Assembly: GCA_034428515.1 (NCBI GenBank)
Contig: DAOUHQ010000007.1
Span: forward strand, 6,258 to 70,257
Direction: 5' to 3'
Origin: Dehalococcoidia bacterium
GTDB lineage: Bacteria; Chloroflexota; Dehalococcoidia; UBA6926
Length of the DNA: 64,000 nucleotides
This document shows positions 10,490 through 19,527 of the stretch, in pieces. How positions within the stretch are numbered: the first letter of the stretch is position 1; every line of letters begins with the position of its first letter. The notes beneath the pieces are model-generated. The model did not search any database. It was not told where the DNA came from and worked only from the letters and a program-made list of their open reading frames with translations. Position numbers and translations under genes: made by a program.

Positions 10490-11056
10490 CTACATCTTCA
10501 AGAAATTGCGGAGAAGGTCTTTGCCGACCTCTGTCCGAATGCTCTCCGGATGGAACTGTATGCCCACAATGGGATACTCGCGGTGCCGTACGCCCATCAC
10601 CACGCCATTGTCCGTCCGCGCCGTTACCTCAAGCTCCGCAGGCACGGTGTCAGGCAGGATGGCGAGTGAGTGGTAGCGGATCGCCTCGAACGGATTTGGC
10701 AGACCCTCGTAGACACCCTTGCCGTCATGGTAAATCATGCTGGATTTGCCGTGCATGATTTCCCCCGCTCCGGCCACCGTCCCTCCAAAGGCCTCCCCGA
10801 TGCACTGATGACCGAGACACACGCCCAGCACCGGTGTCCCTCGTTCACCAAAATATCGTGCAACGTCCTTGGAAATGCCCGCGTTGGCGGGGTTCGACGG
10901 GCCCGGCGAGATGACAACCTTCTCCGGCTGCATCTCCGCGATGTTCTCCACAGTCGTCTGGTCATTTCGATCAACGACAACCTCTTCGCCAAGCTCGGAC
11001 AGGTACTGGTACAGGTTGTAGGTGAAGCTGTCGTAGTTGTCGAGCAGGAAGATCAT
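10490..11056 (-). CDS. trpG: anthranilate synthase component II (glutamine amidotransferase)
   Basis: 188 aa; MIFLLDNYDSFTYNL start; GVCLGHQ catalytic Cys; HPES. Confidence 0.9.
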   Translation of the reverse strand: MIFLLDNYDSFTYNLYQYLSELGEEVVVDRNDQTTVENIAEMQPEKVVISPGPSNPANAGISKDVARYFGERGTPVLGVCLGHQCIGEAFGGTVAGAGEIMHGKSSMIYHDGKGVYEGLPNPFEAIRYHSLAILPDTVPAELEVTARTDNGVVMGVRHREYPIVGIQFHPESIRTEVGKDLLRNFLKM

Positions 11057-12573
11057 CGCGCACCTCCTACCGGTTCGGCTGCAGCCCTGTTTATGCGGTC
11101 GTTCGTCAGGTCCTCCCCCACGTCCAGCGCGGCCAGCATCCCCCTCGCCTTGGCCAGTGATTCCTCGTATTCGGAACGCGGCACGCTGTCGTACACCAGA
11201 CCGCCGCCCGCCTGCACTGTCGCCAACCCGTCCTTCATCACGACGGTCCGGATGCAGATCGCCATGTCCATGTTTCCCGCGTTGGAGATGTAGCCGACTG
11301 CCCCGCTGTACGGTCCTCGCTCATGCGGCTCCTTCTCGGAGATAATCTCCATTGCGCGAATCTTGGGCGCGCCGGACAGCGTCCCCGCAGGGAAAGTGGA
11401 ACGCAGCGTGTCGTATGCAGTCAGCCCGTCCCGCAGCTTGCCCGTCACGTTGGAAACGATGTGCATCACGTGAGAATACCGCTCAATCTCCATGAGCTTG
11501 GTGACATTCACCGTGCCCGGCTCGCTGACACGGCCGATGTCATTTCGACCGAGATCGACGAGCATGATGTGTTCCGCCCGCTCTTTCTCGTCCGTGATCA
11601 ACTCCTCAGCAAGCGCGTCGTCTTCCTCAGGCGTTGCGCCACGCGGCTTCGTGCCTGCAATTGGATGCGTTGTTGCCATCCCGTCCTCAACGCGAACAAG
11701 CATCTCCGGAGACGACCCGATGATGTGAAAGTCGCCCATGTCCAGGAAGTACATGTACGGCGAGGGATTCAGCGTCCGCAGCGCGCGGTAGATGTCAAAC
11801 GGCGCGGCGGATGTCCGCCGTGCCAGCCGCTGTGACAGCACCACCTGAATGCATTCGCCTTCGGTGATCAGCCCCCGCGCCTCCTCAACCTGTTGCATGA
11901 ATGAATCCGCGGTGTGGTTGGACGTCAGTTCACCACGGTAATCGTCCGTAAGACCGGGCGTCAGAACGTTATTGCCCTCGATCGTTCCTCTCTCAAGTCG
12001 TTCATCAAGTTGGTCGATTCGTTCCACGGCTTTCTGATACGACTCGTATATTCGCTCGTCGTTCCCCTCCAGCGAGGCGTGGCTCACGATCTTGATCTCG
12101 TGCTTGACGTGGTCGAAGACCAGCATCGTGTCGGTCAGCATGAAGACCGATTCCGGCAGTTGCATCGGATCGGGGTTCTCGTTTCGCGGCACACGCGGCT
12201 CAAAGTGATGAACCGCCTCATACGCAATGAATCCGACGGCGCCGCCAAGGAACCTTGGAAGGCCCGGCGCTCGCACAGTGGTGACACCCTCAAGCTCCTT
12301 TTCGATCAAAGTCAGAGGATCGATGCTCCCTGCAGGCGTGTTCGGCCCCGTTGTGAGCACCTTGGTTGGGAGAGTGCCAATGAAGCTGTACCGGGCGACG
12401 CGCTCGCCGCCCTCCACACTCTCCAACAGGAACGACGGCGCCTCCCGCGCCACCTTGAGATACGCCGTGACGGGAGTCTCCATGTCGGCGGGAATGTCGC
12501 GCCATACGGGCGCGATGGTCCCACGACCGCGCATCGCGATCACCTCGTCCACGCTCGGGAAATACGTCGCCAT
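11053..12573 (-). CDS. trpE: anthranilate synthase component I
   Basis: 506 aa; chorismate-binding motifs; 4-nt overlap with trpG. Confidence 0.9.
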   Translation of the reverse strand: MATYFPSVDEVIAMRGRGTIAPVWRDIPADMETPVTAYLKVAREAPSFLLESVEGGERVARYSFIGTLPTKVLTTGPNTPAGSIDPLTLIEKELEGVTTVRAPGLPRFLGGAVGFIAYEAVHHFEPRVPRNENPDPMQLPESVFMLTDTMLVFDHVKHEIKIVSHASLEGNDERIYESYQKAVERIDQLDERLERGTIEGNNVLTPGLTDDYRGELTSNHTADSFMQQVEEARGLITEGECIQVVLSQRLARRTSAAPFDIYRALRTLNPSPYMYFLDMGDFHIIGSSPEMLVRVEDGMATTHPIAGTKPRGATPEEDDALAEELITDEKERAEHIMLVDLGRNDIGRVSEPGTVNVTKLMEIERYSHVMHIVSNVTGKLRDGLTAYDTLRSTFPAGTLSGAPKIRAMEIISEKEPHERGPYSGAVGYISNAGNMDMAICIRTVVMKDGLATVQAGGGLVYDSVPRSEYEESLAKARGMLAALDVGEDLTNDRINRAAAEPVGGAR

Positions 12574-12599
12574 TTCCTGTCCCGCCTTTCTGCTGCTCC

Positions 12600-12952
12600 C
12601 TCATCCTCGTCTGCAATGGAGGGACAAACAAAAAGCCCGTCCCTCAAAGGGACGGGTCCTCGTCTCGCGTGGATTCCCGCGGTGCCACCCTTATTCCCCC
12701 GCATAGCGGCGGGGGCTCTCTTAGGTACTTCCCGCTGGCCGAAGCCATTGGGCGTATACCGTGGACGTGTAACGGCGTCCCAACCCGTCGAAGCCTACTG
12801 AGTTACGGCTGGACACCGCACCTTTCGGTCCGCAGCTCCCGAGTCCATTTCCGTCCGGCCCGGCGTCGGGATTCCACCAGTCCCCGACTCTCTGTCGCCC
12901 AGCGATGGACGGTACTACTCTCGTTCGTCGCCTTTATTTTCCCTATTCAGTT
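12600..12952 (-). promoter_or_regulatory. T-box riboswitch leader (tRNA-Trp sensing) with intrinsic terminator, upstream of trpE
   Basis: Minus strand carries the T-box sequence AATAAGGGTGGCACCGCGG (12695..12677), complementary to the tRNA acceptor end (UGGC pairs with G73-CCA). Stem I shows an AGAGAG bulge, a GTCGGG/CCCGAC distal hairpin and a GGAAAUGGAC specifier region with UGG (Trp) followed by A. The terminator GGACCCGTCCC-TTTGA-GGGACGGGC-TTTTTGTTTG lies at 12660..12622. Confidence 0.7.
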
Positions 12953-12957
12953 TCCGT

Positions 12958-12990
12958 AAATCCTACTTGCGAAGCCCCTCACTGTCAATC
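12958..12990 (-). promoter_or_regulatory. sigma70-like promoter for T-box-trp operon
   Basis: Minus strand TTGACA(12988..12983)-N17-TAGGAT(12965..12960). Confidence 0.4.
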
Positions 12991-13039
12991 AGAAGTGACC
13001 CCCCGAGGACCCCGCAGAGCGGACGGGTCGGCCTGAGAT

Positions 13040-13062
13040 TCTCAGGCCAACCCTACTCCGTA
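13040..13062 (-). terminator. GC-rich hairpin downstream of secreted FN3 protein gene
   Basis: GGCCTGAGA...TCTCAGGCC perfect inverted repeat; no U-tract. Confidence 0.3.
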
Positions 13063-13135
13063 TGGGATGGGAGGACTTGTTGATCCCGGCAGTCGGGTCT
13101 AGGGAAGGCTCGACCTATTGCGCGCCAGGCGGCAC

Positions 13136-14263
13136 TTACCCATGAACAAGCTTGTAGTGAGAGGAGGAGCTTCCATCGTTGAAATGCGCGGTAATCAGGT
13201 AGAGGCGCATCTCGACCGCGTCCGCCTCAAGTTCAACGGTGTCCGCCGCCTCCGCCGCAGTAGGCCGATCATTTCGGTCCGCCGGCTGTCGCGCGGGAAT
13301 GCGCATGCCTGTCAGCGGAGTGTCGTAGTGGGTGCCCGGCCTCTGTATAGTCCCGGACAGATGCGGTGTTTCCCAATTTAAGCCGGAATCCACAAGAGTC
13401 TCGGGCGCTGTCGCATTGCCATCGATATCTTGCCGGACATCCTCAAGACCATCGCAGCGCCACACAAAGTGACTCAACGAGCCCATTGAGTCGCCGACCG
13501 CAGCGGGGACACATGTATCCGGACGGACAAGGGACACGCCAGGCGTATGGTCCGTATCAGCCGGGGAGTCATCAAGCGCGTGCCTAACGTTGAAGTTGTA
13601 GGTGAAAAGCAGCCTCTGGATGGTGTAGAAATCTACCCGATCCGCGTTGCTGTCATGCCACACCGTCCAGTCGATGTGGTAAACGCCGCCGGTTCTCATT
13701 GTGGTAACCCCAAATTCGTTGGATGCGCAGTTGGTCGCCGTTCCGTCAGCGATCTGCTGCCCGCACTCATCCGAGGTCGTCGGAATCGGAGGTTGAACTT
13801 GCTCTTGTTGTCGTTCAGCAATTGGCGGCTCTGTAGAATCCTGCACTGACTGCTGGCTGGCCGCTTCGCCGTATGCCACCTCGCTCCAGGCCGTTCTGCG
13901 TCCGTCGCCAAAGCGCGCGCGTACCTTTGCCTTGTATCTGGAACCTGGGGTCAGACCGCTGACCACGTACGTCGTTTCGGTGACAAAGGCGTTGCCCTCA
14001 TTTGTGGCCAGAGCCTTGAAGTTCTCGTTTTCGGGAGCCCAAGACACACGATATTCCTCAGCCTGTTCGGATGGTTCCGACCAGGTGATGACGATCTGCC
14101 CACTTTCACTACCGGGCGCGACAGTGACATCAGTAACAGGATTTTCCAGAGCCTGCACTCCGGTGGCAGTGGTCGACAGTAGAGTTGCCATTAGGACTAC
14201 GGCAAGAAATCCAACAAGAACCGGGAGGAGACGGAGATTGGAAGAAGATGTAGGAATACGCAT
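13136..14263 (-). CDS. secreted hypothetical protein with fibronectin type III-like domain
   Basis: ATG at 14263 with GGAGGTG SD; signal peptide MRIPTSSSNLRLLPVLVGFLAVVLMATLLSTTATGVQA; FN3-like segment (VTDVTVAPGSESGQIVITWSEP...YRVSWAP...YKAKVRARF). Confidence 0.6.
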   Translation of the reverse strand: MRIPTSSSNLRLLPVLVGFLAVVLMATLLSTTATGVQALENPVTDVTVAPGSESGQIVITWSEPSEQAEEYRVSWAPENENFKALATNEGNAFVTETTYVVSGLTPGSRYKAKVRARFGDGRRTAWSEVAYGEAASQQSVQDSTEPPIAERQQEQVQPPIPTTSDECGQQIADGTATNCASNEFGVTTMRTGGVYHIDWTVWHDSNADRVDFYTIQRLLFTYNFNVRHALDDSPADTDHTPGVSLVRPDTCVPAAVGDSMGSLSHFVWRCDGLEDVRQDIDGNATAPETLVDSGLNWETPHLSGTIQRPGTHYDTPLTGMRIPARQPADRNDRPTAAEAADTVELEADAVEMRLYLITAHFNDGSSSSHYKLVHG

Positions 14264-14417
14264 AGCACACCTCCATATGCGCTGCCCGCAAGAGGGGTGG
14301 CGTGCAAGAAAGGGCCAAACAGGTGGAAAGGACGAGATCCCGGGAGGGGATGCCAAGGCTCCGTTGATGCGGGCCTAGTGTTTGTGTAGGAAGGGGGAAG
14401 AAATTCAGTACGAACTA

Positions 14418-14447
14418 ACTATAGGCAGTTACCCAATGGACTGTCAA
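14418..14447 (-). promoter_or_regulatory. near-consensus sigma70 promoter for FN3-protein gene
   Basis: Minus strand TTGACA(14447..14442)-N18-TATAGT(14423..14418) in AT-rich intergenic. Confidence 0.4.
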
Positions 14448-14514
14448 AAAGTGATAACAATCGGTTTTGGGGAATTCCACCGGTTGGTTTACGGGCCGCG
14501 GGCAGATTCATTCG

Positions 14515-15111
14515 TTACTCGCCCAGAGATGCTTGCCCCCGGTCCACGTACACGGCAGGTCCCCGTCCTAACCGACTTTCCATCAGTGTTATCGCATCCA
14601 CTCGAAACGTAGTTGAAGGAATCGCAGGAGCGTCGACAGGGTCGAGCTGCCATCTGCGTCCGCGCCGCACACGCCCCAACGTGACATGTGGTTGAAATGC
14701 GCGGGACTCCACACGTAAGCCAACTCTGCGCACGGCCTTGATCACCTGCTTATGCAGCCCACCCAGGGCCTCGACATTTCCACCGAGGCCGGCCCAAACA
14801 ACCTGCGCCCCGCCGCGGTGACGCCGGTCTCCAAAAGTTCCAAGACTGCCAACGCTGAGCTCAAACGACTCCACGCCTTCAACCTCTGCGCTGAGAGAGT
14901 CAATCAACTGTGTGGCCTCGCTCTCCTCAATCTGGCCAAGGAAAGCGAGCGTGATGTGCAGCGCGTCCGCCGCTACCCAGCGCACCGCCTCATCTGCGTC
15001 GCGCTGCCTGAGCTGCCTGACCGCCGTTTGGAGCTCTGTCTTGATACTCTCCGGCGGGATAATGGCGACAAAGGCTCGGAAGGTCGGCGGGGTAGGGGAG
15101 ACCGCTGTCAC
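14515..15111 (-). CDS. thpR: RNA 2',3'-cyclic phosphodiesterase (2H phosphoesterase, LigT/ThpR-like)
   Basis: 198 aa; two HxT/Sx motifs (HITLAFLG and HVTLGR). Confidence 0.7.
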   Translation of the reverse strand: MTAVSPTPPTFRAFVAIIPPESIKTELQTAVRQLRQRDADEAVRWVAADALHITLAFLGQIEESEATQLIDSLSAEVEGVESFELSVGSLGTFGDRRHRGGAQVVWAGLGGNVEALGGLHKQVIKAVRRVGLRVESRAFQPHVTLGRVRRGRRWQLDPVDAPAIPSTTFRVDAITLMESRLGRGPAVYVDRGQASLGE

Positions 15112-15980
15112 GCGCGAACAGCCCCCACTCTCCTCAAGAATTCCTCGGCATTGTGCTGCAGCACGCGCTCCAACTCATCTGACGTCAGCCCTGCCTTGTC
15201 TAGGTACTCAATCACTCGCTCCTGCCGCATCAACGGGTAGTCCGTCGCGAACAGTACGCGATCGAGGCCGATGGAGTTGATGAGGGCGCGAATCGTGGCG
15301 GGATCATACAAATACGGCATTGCCGCCGTGTCCACGTATACGTCCGCAAATACGTCCTCAGACGCGCGGAGATTCGCATAGAAAGGCAACCCTCCTCCGG
15401 CGTGCGCAAGGATGACGGGGATGCCACGCAGGCGCTCCAATAGCCCATACAGGCGCTCGGGTGTCGCCGTCCCCTTGCCCGGATACATCCGCCCAACGGG
15501 TTCGGAAGCGTGCATCAACAACCCCATGCCGTGCCCGCGAAGATGATCCGCAACTGCCTCAATGTCATGCTGCTGCAGCTCGAGCAGCCCCTGCGTATCG
15601 GGCCGCAGCTCTCCCAGTCCACGTACACCCGCTGCGGCGAGGCGGTCGATTTCTGCCAGTGCTTCCGTCAGCGAGTCGCGCGGTGCAACGGTGCCGAAAC
15701 CAACCACACGGCTGGGATAGAGACGCACAGCCTCGATGATCGCATCGTTCCCCTCACGACACAGCGCGTTCGTGCTCCATCCGAATCCGCATGCGATCGA
15801 CTGTGAAATGCCTGCGATGTCCATCGCATTCACCAGCTGCTCCGTCACGATGATCTCCGCGTCCGGCGCCTGGTACATCTCATGGAACCCAGCATCCTGC
15901 GGGAAGTAGCGGAATCGATCCTCCGCCACATCCGGGTGGAAAACGTGAACGTGCGCGTCAACGCGGCCTATCGTGCTCAT
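15108..15980 (-). CDS. amidohydrolase-2 family TIM-barrel metal-dependent hydrolase
   Basis: 290 aa; N-terminal DAHVHVF metal motif; 4-nt overlap with thpR. Confidence 0.65.
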   Translation of the reverse strand: MSTIGRVDAHVHVFHPDVAEDRFRYFPQDAGFHEMYQAPDAEIIVTEQLVNAMDIAGISQSIACGFGWSTNALCREGNDAIIEAVRLYPSRVVGFGTVAPRDSLTEALAEIDRLAAAGVRGLGELRPDTQGLLELQQHDIEAVADHLRGHGMGLLMHASEPVGRMYPGKGTATPERLYGLLERLRGIPVILAHAGGGLPFYANLRASEDVFADVYVDTAAMPYLYDPATIRALINSIGLDRVLFATDYPLMRQERVIEYLDKAGLTSDELERVLQHNAEEFLRRVGAVRA

Positions 15981-16034
15981 CGGCTAAAGTATAGAGAAAG
16001 GAACGCGCTACCCCCCAATCCGAATAGAGACACA

Positions 16035-17153
16035 ATGACACAAACAGTTCTGAACAACCCTGTCGCGGACGCCGCGCCACCCTCTCGCTCATGCGTGGCC
16101 GTTGTCTATACGACGCCTGAAACGGTGTTGGACGATATTGGCCGCCTGATGCGACTTGCCGGCTACCAGGAGACGCTTGATCCGGCCGCTGCCACGCTCC
16201 TGAAGGTCAATATCTCCTGGCAGCTCTGGTATCCGGCCTGCTCTACCACGCCATGGCAGCTGGACGGTGTCATCAAGACGTTGAAGGAGGACGGCTTCCA
16301 GGACATCATCGCCGCCCACAACGGCACGGTTGTCGTTGACGCGAGGGTTGGCGAGGTCAACAACAAGCACCTGCCAGTGATAGAGAAGCACGGCATCCCA
16401 AACACACACCTCGAGGATGTGGAATGGATGGAGTTCCACCCCAAGGCTGAGATGCGCGTGCTGGGTGACATCTTCCCGGACGGCCTGCGTATCCCCGCCA
16501 TGTTCCCCGGCAAGAACATCATCCAACTGCCAACCGTGAAGACGCATGTCTTTACGACGATGACCGGCGCGATGAAGAACGCATTCGGCGGATTGCTGAA
16601 TCACCGCCGTCACTGGACGCACTCGGTCATCCACGAAACACTGGTTGACTTGCTCGCAATTCAGAAGGAAATCCACCCCGGACTCTTCGCCGTTATGGAC
16701 GGCACCTTTGTCGGCGATGGACCCGGTCCACGCGCCATGCAATGGCAAACGAAGAATATTCTGCTGGCATCGGCGGACCAGGTGGCCATCGATGCCGTCT
16801 CCGCCAAGCTAATGGGAATCGACCCGATGTCCGTCAAATTCATTCGCCTTGCGCATGAAGCGGGATTGGGAACCGGCGATCCACGAGAGATCGAAATCGT
16901 CGGTGAGGACGTCTCCGAGGTGAACTGGCATCTGAAAGCAAACGAAGAGACCTTTGCAAGCCGCGGTCAGAAGCTCATCTACTGGGGCCCACTCAAGCGC
17001 CTTGAACACCTGTTGCTGCGAACAGTAATCGCTCCGTGGTCGTATGTCGCCTCCAACCTGTATTTCAATGGCTATTGGTACAACACGATTGGCCGACGAA
17101 GAGCGCAGAAGGCGTTGGAAACGCCCTGGGGCGAGCTGTTCCGCTCATACTGA
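16035..17153 (+). CDS. DUF362 domain protein
   Basis: ATG MTQTVLNN at 16035 (track start 15882 overlaps upstream gene); conserved DUF362-like blocks. Confidence 0.55.
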   Translation: MTQTVLNNPVADAAPPSRSCVAVVYTTPETVLDDIGRLMRLAGYQETLDPAAATLLKVNISWQLWYPACSTTPWQLDGVIKTLKEDGFQDIIAAHNGTVVVDARVGEVNNKHLPVIEKHGIPNTHLEDVEWMEFHPKAEMRVLGDIFPDGLRIPAMFPGKNIIQLPTVKTHVFTTMTGAMKNAFGGLLNHRRHWTHSVIHETLVDLLAIQKEIHPGLFAVMDGTFVGDGPGPRAMQWQTKNILLASADQVAIDAVSAKLMGIDPMSVKFIRLAHEAGLGTGDPREIEIVGEDVSEVNWHLKANEETFASRGQKLIYWGPLKRLEHLLLRTVIAPWSYVASNLYFNGYWYNTIGRRRAQKALETPWGELFRSY

Positions 17154-17207
17154 CGTAACACCACGTGTATCATGACAGTGGGATAAAGCAGATCCTCGGG
17201 GAGGATC

Positions 17208-18056
17208 ATGATGGCGGAAGAACGGCCAGGTAACGAATCTGTGGCCCTTGAGGCAGAAGACAAGGCGCATCTTGCCGAAGAGCGCCTTGAGTACGAGGCG
17301 TCGGCGCTTGAGGACGAGAACGGCACTCTCGAACTCGTCGAGTCCGGCCATGATGATCGTGTCTGGCAACGCGTCCTCCACGCCGCTCTTGCGGTGCCGG
17401 GTGTCAAGGTCAATCGTGAGGAATTCCTGCGGACCGCTCTGAAGTCGATTGCCGACGAGGAGCAAATCGAGAAAGCAATAGAGACGCGGCCTGCCCTGGC
17501 AGGCATCGACATAATCGAGATTGACGGCCGTGCCACCGTTCTTATCAGGAAGCATGTCGCCCGAGCGTCCGGTATCTCATTCGCAACCGGCATTCCCGGT
17601 GGATTCGCCCTGCTGGGCACGATTCCGGCGGACCTCGCCCAGTACTTCTACCACCTCACCGTGATGGCTCAGGAGTTGGCTTACCTCTACGGTTGGCCTG
17701 ACCTCCTGCACGAGGGTGAGCTGGATGAGATCGCGCAGGCAGACATCACGATGTTTGTGGGCGCGATGATGGGTGTCGGCGCGGCCAAGCAGGGCCTCCA
17801 ACAGTTGTCTGCTCGCGCAGTGGCGCATCACGCGTCATCGATGTTGGCCAGGCGTGTCGGTCGCTACATCGGCGTCAAAATCACCAAGGACACGTTCACA
17901 CGCGGATTCGCCAAGGCCATCCCGCTCCTGGGAGGATTCATCGGCGCCGGTATGACGGCGTCCACCATGCTTCCGATGGCCCGCCGACTCAGGCAGGATC
18001 TTGCTCAGCTTGACTATGCCCTGGCCGAATCACCGATTGAGGGCCACGAGAACTAA
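17208..18056 (+). CDS. EcsC family protein
   Basis: 282 aa; EcsC-like core (FATGIPGGFALLGTIPADLAQYFYHLTVMAQELAYLYG). Confidence 0.55.
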   Translation: MMAEERPGNESVALEAEDKAHLAEERLEYEASALEDENGTLELVESGHDDRVWQRVLHAALAVPGVKVNREEFLRTALKSIADEEQIEKAIETRPALAGIDIIEIDGRATVLIRKHVARASGISFATGIPGGFALLGTIPADLAQYFYHLTVMAQELAYLYGWPDLLHEGELDEIAQADITMFVGAMMGVGAAKQGLQQLSARAVAHHASSMLARRVGRYIGVKITKDTFTRGFAKAIPLLGGFIGAGMTASTMLPMARRLRQDLAQLDYALAESPIEGHEN

Positions 18057-18085
18057 CCAGTTCAGCTGACCGGCGCGGGGTCCGG

Positions 18086-19048
18086 TTACTTCTGACCGCC
18101 CCGCTCCCTGCGAATCGCAGAAAAATCTTCCCGACGCCATCGGTAAGGGGAGTGGACGATGGTTCCCGGTTCCGTGACAGTCTCCAGCAGGTTGAGTGCG
18201 TCTTCAACGATTGTTCTCTGTTGATCCACATTGTCAGGCTGCCCGAACGGCTGACCATACGGGTGTTTCACATAGAGTGAGCGTGGCGGTTTGACCCGCA
18301 TGGGCTGCTGTAGTCCCTGGTTCACCACCACCGTCGATATCCCGTGCTCCTCGAGCACGCGCGCGATCAGCCCGCCGGACTGATTGCACATCGGTCAAGT
18401 CGTTCCGATTAGTGCGGCGTCGACGTCTTCCTCCAGGAGCATCCTCGCAACTTCAGGTGCCGTCTCCTCCATCAGGCGAGGGATATTGTCGCCGATGATG
18501 TACCCCATGAAGCCAAAGGAATTCGCCGCGAGTGACCCAATCCGTCTTTCCTCTTCCATATCCCGAAGTCGTTCGATTGGAAAGATGACGTTGACGTCCT
18601 TCTCCGCATTGGACTTGTCATAGTGCTCATGGAAGATCGCCAATTCCGACGTTGGCGTAGTGGATGGAATCACGCGGTACGAGGGATCGTCGTCTATGTA
18701 TGGTTCCTGGGCGTCCCGCACATAGGACCCGCCTGTTGTAACTAGCGCAATGCGTGCCTCTGAAAGCGGCTTCTGAAATGCCGTCCACGGTGAGGAATCA
18801 AAAGATATCGCGTTTGGATTCACTCGCGATACGAGATCGCGTTCCCACTCTCCCAAGTATGCGTCCACCCGAGACCAATCGCCATCGTCATGGGAGAGCA
18901 GAGCGGCCTCATAGAGCCCCCTAAAGAAACGAGTCGCCTCTTCCTCCGGTAAGCGTTCCACCCTGATCTTGGAGAACGCCATGTTCTCGATGGACGGCGG
19001 CAGTTGCGCCAGGTCGCGTAGTTCAATCGGCATAAGAAATCCTCTCAT
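18086..19048 (-). CDS. GrdB/PrdB-family (glycine/proline reductase protein B-like) selenoprotein; in-frame TGA (Sec) at 18397..18395; U-x-x-C motif
   Basis: ORFs 18395..19048 and 18086..18391 share a frame and are separated only by TGA-CCG. N-terminal part carries the GrdB-family block HEHYDKSNAEKDVNVIFPIERLRDMEEERRIGSLA. Context is ALIGTT-U-PMC. Hairpin CAGUCC-GGC-GGGCUG sits 12 nt after the UGA. Confidence 0.6.
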
Positions 19049-19069
19049 GCGCCTCGGTGCTGAGATTCG

Positions 19070-19489
19070 TCAGACAGGACGCCAAAATTCGTAGACCAGG
19101 GCCAGTTCTTTGAGGTAGGCCTCTTCATCATCGCAGTCCCATCCGCGCATCTCGCGAATGAGGTCGCAGAACAGGCTGCCCGGCCGCTTGGTGTGCTGAC
19201 TAACAACAACAACGCCGAGCAGCGGGCGCTGGAATCCACCTTCAAGCTCGCTGACCATCGTCAGCAGTTCGCCTGAATTGCGGGCGTTGATGGCGGGGTC
19301 GCCCAGTTGGGCGGCGAATTGGACATACGTCACGCGCTGTCCACTGCGAGCGATTGGGATGAGAATCTGACGCGCGCGCTCCATTAGCGTCGCATCAATG
19401 GGTACTCCGGAGTCCCCCTCCTCTGCTTCCCTCTCGCGCTGTCGTCCCAACGCGAGAGAAGTCAGCAAGGGATCAGGCTCAAAGACCAT
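19070..19489 (-). CDS. hypothetical protein, paralog A (MGMT-like winged-helix without PCHR)
   Basis: 139 aa; homologous to adjacent 19528..20049 protein (RVTYVQFAAQLG / RTISYGEMATAM; PLLGVVVV / GLLGVLVV). Confidence 0.5.
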   Translation of the reverse strand: MVFEPDPLLTSLALGRQREREAEEGDSGVPIDATLMERARQILIPIARSGQRVTYVQFAAQLGDPAINARNSGELLTMVSELEGGFQRPLLGVVVVSQHTKRPGSLFCDLIREMRGWDCDDEEAYLKELALVYEFWRPV

Positions 19490-19527
19490 GGTTCTTCCGT
19501 AGACATCTTTAGTGGGGCCTCCGCCGA

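Noticed and set aside
12650-12800. Possible Trp-codon leader peptide for classical trp attenuation
   Set aside because: Short minus-strand ORFs in the leader (e.g. MRGNKGGTAG..., MASASGKYL...) contain no Trp codons. The T-box sequence and specifier explain regulation instead.
11914-12801. 295-aa plus-strand ORF
   Set aside because: Antisense to trpE and the T-box leader. Arg/Pro-rich, as is typical of a high-GC reverse frame.
14382-14612. 76-aa plus ORF in AT-rich spacer
   Set aside because: Lies within the promoter/5' UTR region of the secreted-protein gene. No RBS and no conservation cues.
16089-16748. 219-aa minus ORF inside DUF362 gene
   Set aside because: Antisense overlap with a gene that has conserved family blocks. 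Composition typical of a spurious GC-frame ORF.
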